Assembly (NCBI GenBank): GCA_963742075.1
Contig: CAVUKR010000004.1
Location: forward strand, 10,084-74,083
Reading direction: 5' to 3'
DNA length: 64,000 nucleotides
From: an uncultured Chloroflexia bacterium
GTDB taxonomy: Bacteria > Chloroflexota > Limnocylindria > Limnocylindrales > CSP1-4
Program-made: the position numbers and the translations under genes
The notes under the pieces: model-generated
What the model saw: only the letters and a program-made list of their open reading frames with translations
What the model was told of the DNA's origin: nothing
The model's database searches: none
Part shown: positions 55,934 through 64,000 of the stretch, in pieces
How positions within the stretch are numbered: the first letter of the stretch is position 1
Layout of the letters: every line of letters starts with the position of its first letter

Positions 55934-58900
55934 ATGTTGTACGCTCCAAAACGCCCGAGCCGACGTCACTTGGGAGCGCGTGTGGTCTGCGCCAGCTGTG
56001 GCACCGAAAATCCGGCGGACAAGCGTTTCTGCGGCGACTGTGGAGCGCCGCTCTCGTCGGGCTGTCCGTCATGTGGCGCCAACAATCCGCCCGGCAAGCG
56101 TTTCTGCGGCGATTGCGGGACTGCACTCGGCACCGCGGCCGGGATCGCGTCGGTCGGTGGTGCGAGCTCCCAGTCCGCCAGCCCGATATCCGGTGAGACG
56201 GCCGTTGCGGAGCGCCGACTCGTGTCGATCCTCTTCGCGGATCTCGTCGGCTTCACGCCGTTCTCCGAGGAGCGCGATAGCGAGGAAGTCCGCGAGACCC
56301 TGACCCGCTACTTCGAGCTCGCGACCGAGGTCATCGGGCGCTATGGCGGAACGGTCGAGAAGTTCATCGGCGATGCGGTCATGGCTGTCTGGGGGACGCC
56401 GACCGTCCGCGAAGACGACGCCGAACGTGCCGTGCGTGCCGCCCTCGAGCTCGTCGACGCCGTCGGGGTTGTCGGCCCGGGTATCAGCGCGCGGGTAGGC
56501 GTGCTGACCGGCGAGGCGGCCGTAACCCTCGGTGCCACCAACCAGGGAATGGTCGCGGGCGACATCGTCAACACCGCCGCCCGGCTGCAGTCGGTCGCAC
56601 CGGCCGGCACGGTCCTTGTCGGCGAGGCGACCCACCGCGCCGCGTCGTCGGCCATCGCGTTCGAACCGGCCGGCGAGCAGCTGCTCAAGGGCAAGGTCGC
56701 CCCCGTCCCGGCGTTCCGTGCCTTGCGGGTCGTCGCCGAGCGTGGCGGCCGCGGCCGGTCAGACACGCTCGAGGCCCCGTTCGTCGGACGTGACGACGAG
56801 CTCCGACTCGTCAAGGACCTCTACCATGCGACCGTCCGCGAAGGCCGAACCCGGTTGGTGTCGATCACGGGTATCGGCGGGATCGGCAAGAGCCGCCTTA
56901 CCTGGGAGTTCGAGAAGTACCTCGACGGGATCGTCGGGATCGTGTGGTGGCACCGCGGCCGATCACCGGCGTACGGCGAGGGAATCACCTTCTGGGCGTT
57001 GAGCGAGATGGTCCGCGGCAGGGCCGGGCTGGCGGAGACCGACGACGAGCAGGTCACGCGGGCGAAGGTGAGCGAGCTTCTCGACGGGTTGACCTTCGAG
57101 ACGGCTGAGCGTCGCTGGGTCGAGCTTGCCCTCCTCGCGCTCCTGGGGGTCGAGACCGGGATCGACTCCGAGCAGCTGTTCGGCGCCTGGCGGACCTTCT
57201 TCGAGCGGCTCGCCGCGATCAGCCCGGTCATCCTCGTGTTCGAGGACCTCCATTGGGCGGACAGCGGCACGCTCGACTTCATCGACCATCTGCTCGAGTG
57301 GAGCCGGGCCATCCCGCTCTACATCGTGACCCTCGCGCGGCCCGAGCTCATCGATCGTCGCTCCGACTGGGGCGCCGGCCGGCGCAACTTCACCAGCCTC
57401 TACCTCGAGCCGCTCCCGGAGCCCGCGATGCGAGCGCTCCTCGCAGGGCTCGTGCCCGGTCTCCCGGAGGCCGCCGTGCGCGTGGTCGTTGCGCGAGCGG
57501 AAGGCATCCCGCTCTATGCGGTCGAAACGGTCCGGATGCTCGTGGCCGAGGAACGGCTCATCGAGGCCGGCAATGGCACGTATGTGCCGACCGGGGACCT
57601 CACCGCCCTTGCCATCCCGGAGACGCTCACGGCGCTGATCGCCGCGCGGCTTGACGGGCTGGATCCCGCCGACCGCAGTCTGGTGATGGACGCCGCGGTC
57701 CTCGGGCAGAGCTTCACGCCGGCCGGGCTCGCGGTGGTGTCCGGGATCGATGTCGCGGTCCTCGAACCACGCCTGCGGGCCCTCGTGCGACGTGAGCTGT
57801 TCGCGCACGAAACCGACGCCCGCAGCCCGGAGCGCGGGCAATACGCCTTCGTCCAGGCGCTCATCCGCGAGGTCGCATACAACACCCTGGCCAAGCGCGA
57901 CCGCAAGGTTCGCCACCTCGCGGCGGCTCGTTTCTTCGAATCGCTCGAGACCGACGAGATCGCCGCCGCCCTCGCTGGGCACTATCTCGCGGCCCGTGAC
58001 AACGCTGCCGATGGAGCGGAGGCGGACGCCCTCGGTGCCCAGGCTCGGCTCGCCCTGCGCGCTGCTGCTGAGCGGGCCGTGGCGCTCGGCTCCAACGAGC
58101 AGGCGCTCGGACTCATCGAGCAGGCCTTGGCCGTGACCTCATCGCCGGCCGATCAGGCGGATCTCCTCGAACTCGCGGGTGATGCCGCGACGGCCGGCGG
58201 CCACCATGGGGCCGCCGAACGACATCTTCGCGCCGCCATCGAGGCGCGGACCGGACTGGGGGATCGGCCAGGGACCGCCCGGGCGACGGCCGCCCTCGGT
58301 CGGTCGCTCTTGACGGCTTATCGGACGGCCGATGCGATCGCGATCCTCGTGCCTGCCGTCGAGGCGTTCGCGGATCTGGCTGACGATCCCGCGGTCATCG
58401 GGCTCGAGGGCCAGCTTGCTCGCGCCTACTTCCTGGCCGATGACAACCGTCGTGCGATCGAGGTCGCCGATCGGGTCCTGGAGGCCGCCGAGCACGCGGA
58501 CCTGGTGGCGATCGTGGCCGATACGCTCATCACGAAGGGGACCGCCCTCGGGATCCTCGGCCGGTCGACCGAGGGCCTCGGTGTGCTGGGGGCTGGCGCA
58601 TCCCTCGCCGAAGCTCACGACCTGAGCGCCACGCTGATGCGAGCGCACATCAACCTCTCTTTCCACGAGGCGAATCGTGACCCGAGGGCGGCGCTCAACT
58701 ACGCCCGAACCGGCCTGGCGCTCGCGCGGCGATTCGGCGCAACCAGTCCGGCCACAATCCTGCTTGGCAATAGCGTCGATGGCGCGCTCCGGGCGGGTGA
58801 GTGGTCCTGGGCCCTCAAGGAGCTCGAGCCCGCCCTTGCCGATCGACTCGAGGCGTCCGATCGGATCACGTTGCTCGCGACGGCGATCAGCATCGACGCC

Positions 58901-59539
58901 TGTCGCGGCGGGTCGACCGCCGGACCTCTCGAGGAGCTCATCGAACTCGTCGGCTCGAGCCTCGAACCCGGCATCCAGGGAGTCAACCATTCGGCGAGAG
59001 CTATGGTGTTCTTTGCCGCCGGTCGCCTGGCCGAGGCCCGCGCAGCCTGGCACGATCTCGCCGAAATCTCGACGGGGAACCTGGCCGAAGCGCACGCTCG
59101 CAGCGCCCGGGCCGCGCTCTGGCTCGGTGACTCCGCCGGAGCGGCGTCGGACGTCGCCGCCCTGGATGCCGCTGGGATCCACGGGCTGGCGATCGAGGCA
59201 GATCGGGCGACCACGCGTGCCGGCATCGCGGCCCTCGAGGGACGGTCGGGCGAAGCCCTCGTCCGCTACCGCGACGCGCTGCGCTCCTGGGGTGAGCTGG
59301 GGCTCGCCTGGGATGAGGCACTGTGCGGCCTCGACATGGCCCTCCTCCTCGACCCGGCGCAGCCGGATGTCCGCGCCGCCGCCGAGTCCGCCCGCGAGAT
59401 CCTGGTCCGCCTGGGCGCCGCGCCGTTCATCGAGCGCCTCGACAGGGCGATGGCGTCGACGTCGGATCAGGTCAGTCCGGTCCGGCCGGCCGAGAGTGTC
59501 GTCATGCGAGGCGCGATGAACACGCCCGCAGCGTCATGA
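55934..59539 (+). CDS. Double zinc-ribbon / class III adenylate-guanylate cyclase / AAA(STAND) ATPase / TPR multidomain protein
   Basis: Contains CASCGTENPADKRFCGDCGAPLSSGCPSCGANNPPGKRFCGDCG; the cyclase motifs SILFADLVGFT...FIGDAVMAVWG...NTAARLQ; the P-loop ITGIGGIGKSRL; and a long helical-repeat C-terminus. Confidence 0.9.
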   Translation: MLYAPKRPSRRHLGARVVCASCGTENPADKRFCGDCGAPLSSGCPSCGANNPPGKRFCGDCGTALGTAAGIASVGGASSQSASPISGETAVAERRLVSILFADLVGFTPFSEERDSEEVRETLTRYFELATEVIGRYGGTVEKFIGDAVMAVWGTPTVREDDAERAVRAALELVDAVGVVGPGISARVGVLTGEAAVTLGATNQGMVAGDIVNTAARLQSVAPAGTVLVGEATHRAASSAIAFEPAGEQLLKGKVAPVPAFRALRVVAERGGRGRSDTLEAPFVGRDDELRLVKDLYHATVREGRTRLVSITGIGGIGKSRLTWEFEKYLDGIVGIVWWHRGRSPAYGEGITFWALSEMVRGRAGLAETDDEQVTRAKVSELLDGLTFETAERRWVELALLALLGVETGIDSEQLFGAWRTFFERLAAISPVILVFEDLHWADSGTLDFIDHLLEWSRAIPLYIVTLARPELIDRRSDWGAGRRNFTSLYLEPLPEPAMRALLAGLVPGLPEAAVRVVVARAEGIPLYAVETVRMLVAEERLIEAGNGTYVPTGDLTALAIPETLTALIAARLDGLDPADRSLVMDAAVLGQSFTPAGLAVVSGIDVAVLEPRLRALVRRELFAHETDARSPERGQYAFVQALIREVAYNTLAKRDRKVRHLAAARFFESLETDEIAAALAGHYLAARDNAADGAEADALGAQARLALRAAAERAVALGSNEQALGLIEQALAVTSSPADQADLLELAGDAATAGGHHGAAERHLRAAIEARTGLGDRPGTARATAALGRSLLTAYRTADAIAILVPAVEAFADLADDPAVIGLEGQLARAYFLADDNRRAIEVADRVLEAAEHADLVAIVADTLITKGTALGILGRSTEGLGVLGAGASLAEAHDLSATLMRAHINLSFHEANRDPRAALNYARTGLALARRFGATSPATILLGNSVDGALRAGEWSWALKELEPALADRLEASDRITLLATAISIDACRGGSTAGPLEELIELVGSSLEPGIQGVNHSARAMVFFAAGRLAEARAAWHDLAEISTGNLAEAHARSARAALWLGDSAGAASDVAALDAAGIHGLAIEADRATTRAGIAALEGRSGEALVRYRDALRSWGELGLAWDEALCGLDMALLLDPAQPDVRAAAESAREILVRLGAAPFIERLDRAMASTSDQVSPVRPAESVVMRGAMNTPAAS

Positions 59540-59625
59540 TCGCCGCGACCCGGTCGGGACAGGAGATCGAAGACTAGCCTTCCTCGCCAGCCAACTTCCG
59601 GGCAACGTCACCCCCGGTGCCTGGC

Positions 59626-60711
59626 TCAACCGAAGGTGAAGCAATACGCCTCCACGCCCGCCTCGAGGAACTCGATCTCGAAGGTGCGCTCGGCGATCGG
59701 CCCCGGCTGGCGGATCAGCTGATAGGTCCGCTGCTCCTTCACGACGCCGGAGCCGTCGTAGGCGGAATCGGTCCCGTGGGCGGCTTCGGCGAGCCGGCCA
59801 TCGAGGAAGACCCGGAACGGGATGGAGGCGCCCCTGGACGCCGGCCCCATCACGAGGTTGACATCGCGTGCATGGAACCGGAAGGCGATCCGTCCGCCGG
59901 GCCCCGCCGACACCGCTGCATGCCGAGCCACCGTCCAGTCCCCCGACAGCGCCCAGGAGTTGAGGGGCAGGCGCGGAGGCGCGACATAGGTCCGCGGCTC
60001 GTCGAAGCGCGCTACGTCTTCCTGCGCGAAGCCCGTGCTCTGGGCATACCCCGTGTACGTCTCGGGCGACTGGAGCGTCCGCCAGTCGGCTGCGACTTCG
60101 AGTCCGACTGGGTTGACGTCCACGAGGTCCTGGTCGACGTCAGCCACGCCGGCGTCCATCAGGAGCTGCTGGATCACCATCTCTGTCGCGGCGTACTCAC
60201 CCTCGCCGAAGTGGTGATGCCGGAGCCGACCCTCACCATCGGCGATGTAGATGGCGGGCCAGAAGTGGTTGTCGAAGGCGCGCCAGACCCCGTAGTCGCC
60301 GTCGATCGCGATCGGGTACTCGACACCGAACGTGTTCGAATGCGCGACGACGTTGTCGACGTCGCGCTCGAAGCCGAATTCGGGCGTGTGGACGCCGACG
60401 ACCGTCAGACCCGCGTCGCCGTACTTCGCTGCCCAGGCCCGGACGTAGGGCAGCGTTCGCAGCCAGTTCACGCACGTGTAGGTCCAGAAGTCGACGAGGA
60501 CGATCCGTCCCCGGAGTCCCTCTGGCGTCAGCGGCTCGGAGTTGAGCCACCCGGTGGCGCCACCGAACGAGGCCAGGCGACCCTCGATCGGCAGGGCAAG
60601 CTGCTCGCCCGCCAGCCGGTGGGCGATGGACCGGATCAAGCCCGGCCTGGGCGGCTCGGAGATTCTCGCCGCGCCTGATGCGAGGCCGGGGTTGCTGGTG
60701 TCGTCGGACAT
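59626..60711 (-). CDS. DipZ-type thioredoxin-like protein with a CVNW motif in place of CxxC
   Basis: Contains VLVDFWTYTCVNWLRTLPYVRAW...VVGVHTPEF...FWPAIYI plus a DipZ-like C-terminal domain. Confidence 0.85.
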   Translation of the reverse strand: MSDDTSNPGLASGAARISEPPRPGLIRSIAHRLAGEQLALPIEGRLASFGGATGWLNSEPLTPEGLRGRIVLVDFWTYTCVNWLRTLPYVRAWAAKYGDAGLTVVGVHTPEFGFERDVDNVVAHSNTFGVEYPIAIDGDYGVWRAFDNHFWPAIYIADGEGRLRHHHFGEGEYAATEMVIQQLLMDAGVADVDQDLVDVNPVGLEVAADWRTLQSPETYTGYAQSTGFAQEDVARFDEPRTYVAPPRLPLNSWALSGDWTVARHAAVSAGPGGRIAFRFHARDVNLVMGPASRGASIPFRVFLDGRLAEAAHGTDSAYDGSGVVKEQRTYQLIRQPGPIAERTFEIEFLEAGVEAYCFTFG

Positions 60712-60848
60712 ATCCGCCCTCCTCGGTCGATGTGTGCTCGCGACCGTCAGTGTCTAACCTGCGGGACTGATCCGCCGGGCGCTGCCGCCGTCGCGATGGT
60801 CATCCGCACTCTCATCTTCTTCTAATACTCGACGGGTACCGTGGCGGC

Positions 60849-61196
60849 ATGACGACATCCCTGCGCGCCCGGACCGACCATCGAGCGATCGCCGACCAGC
60901 GCCTGTCGGACCTGACCCTCGCCACCGCGGTGGCCGGCCTGGCTGCCACGATCGGCTTCGGCTGGCTGGCGGCCGTGACGTACGCGGGGGTCGCGACCCC
61001 ACCCACCGCCGACCCGGCCCAGAACACGATCGACACGCCGCGGACCCTGACGGGCACCGGCCCGTCGACCACCGGCGGCTCGACGACGACCCGGCCACGG
61101 ACCACGACGGGCGGCGACACGTTCCTCGGCGGTGGCTCGTCGAGCGGCACATCGCGATCGACCGGGCGAGCGCACGTGTCGACGGGCTCGTCCTAG
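60849..61196 (+). CDS. Membrane-anchored Thr/Gly/Ser-rich protein
   Basis: 115 aa with one TM helix and a low-complexity tail. It ends 2 nt before the apbE-like gene. Confidence 0.5.
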   Translation: MTTSLRARTDHRAIADQRLSDLTLATAVAGLAATIGFGWLAAVTYAGVATPPTADPAQNTIDTPRTLTGTGPSTTGGSTTTRPRTTTGGDTFLGGGSSSGTSRSTGRAHVSTGSS

Positions 61197-61198
61197 GC

Positions 61199-62137
61199 GT
61201 GCTCGAGCAGGCCGACTGGCGCGCCCTCGGCACCAACGCCCACCTCCTCGTCCTCGACGGCGACCTCGCCGCGGCACGAACGGCGGTGGAGCGGCTGCTC
61301 GACGATGTCGACCGTACGTATAGCCGGTTTCGGCCCGACAGCGAGCTGATGCGCCTCCAGGCATCGACCGGCCGGACTACTCGGGTCAGTCCGCTGCTGT
61401 GGCAAGCCGTCACGACGGCCATCGACGTCGCCCGCGAGACCGACGGGGCGGTCGACCCGACCATCGGGCGGGCGATGCGGATCATCGGCTATGACGACGA
61501 TTTCGGCCGCGTCAGCGGACGCGACGCGGTGATCCATGTCGAGCTCGGAGCGGTACCCGGCTGGCAGGTCGTCGGCCTCGACGCCGCGACGCGGACGATC
61601 CGGATCCCGGCCGCCGTCGAGCTCGATCTCGGCTCGAGCGGCAAGGCCCTGGCCGCCGACCTGGCCGCCACGGTCGCGCGAGCCGCCGCGCCCGATGGCG
61701 GTGTCCTCGTCAGCCTCGGCGGCGACATCGCGACCTCGGGTCGCGCCCCCGACGGTGGCTGGCGGGTCCTCGCCAGCGAGGACAGCGAGACGCCGGTCGA
61801 TGCCGCCGGCGAGGTCGTCGCGATCACGTCTGGCGCCGTCGCCACCTCGAGCACCACCGTCCGCCGGTGGCGCGCCGCGGACGGGACCACGCGGCACCAC
61901 CTCGTCGATCCCGCGACGGGCGCCCCGGTCGACGGACCGTGGCGGACCGTCACGGTCGTCGCCGACACGTGCGTCGCGGCCAATGCCGCGGCGACCGAGG
62001 CGATCGTCCTGGGCGCACGCGCGCTCGCGCGCCTGGCGGTCCGCGGCCTGACCGCCCGGCTGGTCGACACCGAGGGACGGGTCGTTCGCGTCGGGGGCTG
62101 GCCCGATCCCATCGTCGCCATGGCGGGGCGCGCCTGA
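61199..62137 (+). CDS. FAD:protein FMN transferase (ApbE family)
   Basis: Contains ALGTNAHLLV...SRFRPDSEL...GAVDPTIG...LDLGSSGKALAAD...VSLGGD. Confidence 0.9.
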   Translation: MLEQADWRALGTNAHLLVLDGDLAAARTAVERLLDDVDRTYSRFRPDSELMRLQASTGRTTRVSPLLWQAVTTAIDVARETDGAVDPTIGRAMRIIGYDDDFGRVSGRDAVIHVELGAVPGWQVVGLDAATRTIRIPAAVELDLGSSGKALAADLAATVARAAAPDGGVLVSLGGDIATSGRAPDGGWRVLASEDSETPVDAAGEVVAITSGAVATSSTTVRRWRAADGTTRHHLVDPATGAPVDGPWRTVTVVADTCVAANAAATEAIVLGARALARLAVRGLTARLVDTEGRVVRVGGWPDPIVAMAGRA

Positions 62138-62745
62138 TGTTCGACCAGATCCTGTGGTTCAGCACGCGCGGCGCGGGGATCGTCTCGCTGCTGCTCTCGA
62201 CGCTGGTCGTTTGCCTGGGTTTCGCAACGGCGGCGCGCTGGCAGGCCCCGGGCTGGCCGCGGTTCCTGACCGTCGAATTCCACCGCTCGATGGCGCTCCT
62301 GTCGATCGTCTTCGTGGCCATCCACGTGCTGACCGCGATCCTCGATCCATTCACATCGCTCGGTGTCCTGGCGGCGATCGTGCCGCTCGCGTCGTCCTAT
62401 CGACCGCTGGCGGTCGCCTTCGGAGTGATCTCCGTCGACCTGCTCGTCGCGGTCATCATCACCAGCCTGCTCCGCGAACGGATCGGGCACCGGCTCTGGC
62501 GCGCCGTGCACTGGCTCGCGTGGGCGGCCTGGCCGCTGGCGATCCTCCACAGCCTGACCGCCGGGAGCGACGCGTTCGCCACCTGGATGCTGGTGCTGGT
62601 CGGGGCCTGCTGCCTGGCGGTCGCCGCGACGCTCGCCTGGCGGCTCGCCGTGGGCGGGTCGATCCGGAGCACGCTCGGCGGGGTGACCGCTCGCTCATCA
62701 CGGCCGCCGCGACCGGACGGACGGGCGCCGAGGAGTGGCCGGTGA
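62137..62745 (+). CDS. Ferric-reductase-like transmembrane (heme b) protein
   Basis: ATG overlaps the apbE stop (TGATG). It has 6 TM helices with conserved His (FHRSMALLS, IHVLTAIL, AVHWLAW, ILHSL). Confidence 0.8.
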   Translation: MFDQILWFSTRGAGIVSLLLSTLVVCLGFATAARWQAPGWPRFLTVEFHRSMALLSIVFVAIHVLTAILDPFTSLGVLAAIVPLASSYRPLAVAFGVISVDLLVAVIITSLLRERIGHRLWRAVHWLAWAAWPLAILHSLTAGSDAFATWMLVLVGACCLAVAATLAWRLAVGGSIRSTLGGVTARSSRPPRPDGRAPRSGR

Positions 62746-63989
62746 CGCCGCAGCGCATCCTCGCCGGCCCTCCGCCCGACGCCGGCGCCGAGTCCCTCCG
62801 CGACCATGAGAGCCGCATCGGGCCGCGCCCTTCGGGCGACGGCCTGATCCCGGTCATCGGGGCGAGCGGCCTGCTCGGTCGAGGCGGCGCGGGCTTCCCG
62901 GTCGGGCGCAAATGGGCGACGGTGGCCGAGCGCGGGGAGGGACGCGCGGTCGTCCTGGCCAATGGCGCCGAGGGCGAGCCATTGAGCGCCAAGGACCGCG
63001 CGATCATGGCCATGCGACCGCATCTCGTCCTCGATGGCGCTGAGCTGGCGGCCGATGCGGTCGGCGCCGAGCGGATCATCCTGTACGTCGGTGGTGAGCA
63101 CCACGCGGCCATCAACGCGATCGAGCGGGCGATCGACGAGCGCGCCGCGAGCGGATCGCGCCGGGGGGCCCGCGAGGGCGTCCCGCTCGAGCTCGTGGCA
63201 GCGCCGCACACGTACGTCGCGGGCGAGGAATTGGCGGCCGTCCACTACCTCGAGGCCGGCGACGCCCGCCCGACGTCGGTCCCGCCTCGCCCATACGAAC
63301 GTGGCGTGGACGGGCGACCGACCCTGGTCCAGAACGTCGAGACGCTGGCGCACGCGGCGCTCATCGCCCGTTTCGGCGACGCCTGGTATCGCGAGATCGG
63401 GAGCGGGGCCACGCGCGGGAGCGCGGTGGTCACCGTCGGCGGCGCGGTTCGCCACCCCGGGGTGACCGAGATCGCCATCGGGACGACCGTTCGCCAGCTG
63501 GCCGCCTCGGCCGGCGCCGCCGACGGGGTCGGGGCGGTCCTGCTCGGCGGGTATTTCGGTGGCTGGCTTCGCGCGAACGAGGCATTCGATCTGCCGCTCG
63601 ACCCGGTCGCTCTCCGGGCAGCCGGGAGCGCGTTCGGATGCGGCGTCGTGCACCTGCTGCCACCCGACGCGTGTGGCGTTCGCGCCACGGCCCGGATCCT
63701 CGACTACATGGCGGGCCAGAGCGCCGCCCAGTGCGGTCCGTGCGTGTTCGGGCTGCGCTCGATCGCAGACGCGGCGGCGCGCCTCGCCGTCCCGCGCAGT
63801 GGCGACGGGCGAGACCTCGAGCGGGTCGTCCGCTGGTCCGGGATGCTCGCCGGCCGTGGCGCCTGCAAACATCCGGACGGCGCGGCCGGGATGCTGCGCA
63901 GCGCCCTTCGCGTGTTCGCCGACGAATTCGCCCGGCATGAGCGGTCCGGGACGTGCATCCAGCCCGACCGGCGCGGTCAGGCAGCCTGA
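62742..63989 (+). CDS. NuoF-like (SLBB plus 4Fe-4S) NADH-oxidoreductase-related protein
   Basis: GTG overlaps the upstream stop (GTGA). Contains GRGGAGFPVGRKW...ANGAEGEPLSAKDR...QSAAQCGPCVFG...CKHPDG. Confidence 0.85.
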   Translation: MTPQRILAGPPPDAGAESLRDHESRIGPRPSGDGLIPVIGASGLLGRGGAGFPVGRKWATVAERGEGRAVVLANGAEGEPLSAKDRAIMAMRPHLVLDGAELAADAVGAERIILYVGGEHHAAINAIERAIDERAASGSRRGAREGVPLELVAAPHTYVAGEELAAVHYLEAGDARPTSVPPRPYERGVDGRPTLVQNVETLAHAALIARFGDAWYREIGSGATRGSAVVTVGGAVRHPGVTEIAIGTTVRQLAASAGAADGVGAVLLGGYFGGWLRANEAFDLPLDPVALRAAGSAFGCGVVHLLPPDACGVRATARILDYMAGQSAAQCGPCVFGLRSIADAAARLAVPRSGDGRDLERVVRWSGMLAGRGACKHPDGAAGMLRSALRVFADEFARHERSGTCIQPDRRGQAA

Positions 63990-64000
63990 TGGCGGAGTCC

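Overview
High-GC bacterial chromosomal segment. I did not compute GC; by eye it is in the high 60s percent. The gene style (GTG/TTG starts, GTGA/ATGA stop-start overlaps, leaderless starts, an F420-type LLM oxidoreductase) looks like Actinomycetota, possibly Chloroflexota, and possibly a MAG. From about 17 kb onward the window holds ordinary core and metabolic genes: a VapBC toxin-antitoxin pair; a 2-oxoacid dehydrogenase E1alpha/E1beta/LpdA operon with no E2; plsY; glpD; mutY; an aldehyde dehydrogenase; a TPP-riboswitch-controlled ThiY/ThiX-like transporter; a TetR-MFS pair with paired operators; metY-metX behind a terminator-containing leader; tRNA-Gln; a zinc-ribbon/cyclase/AAA/TPR giant protein; and an ApbE / ferric-reductase / NuoF-like cluster. 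The unusual part is 5.5-16.6 kb. There, 14 well-conserved and about 7 degenerate direct copies of a 26-28 bp element (consensus TCGCAAAGCGTGCGCCAATGTCACCCGG, all in one orientation) divide about 11 kb into roughly 18 short gene modules. The modules encode small membrane proteins, lipoproteins, a DUF4304-like protein, immunity-like proteins and two Cys/His-motif paralogs. Eight minus-strand modules start at a fixed geometry: repeat, N13, TANNNT, N6-9, ATG/GTG. That is the signature of a leaderless promoter. Plus-strand modules are bracketed by the same element without this geometry. No recombinase, toxin or regulator for the array is visible in the window. Frame changes occur in the conserved metY gene and in several accessory genes. 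Assembly indels are therefore as likely as true pseudogenes. Many long ORFs in the track are antisense or out-of-frame artefacts of high GC and are not reported.
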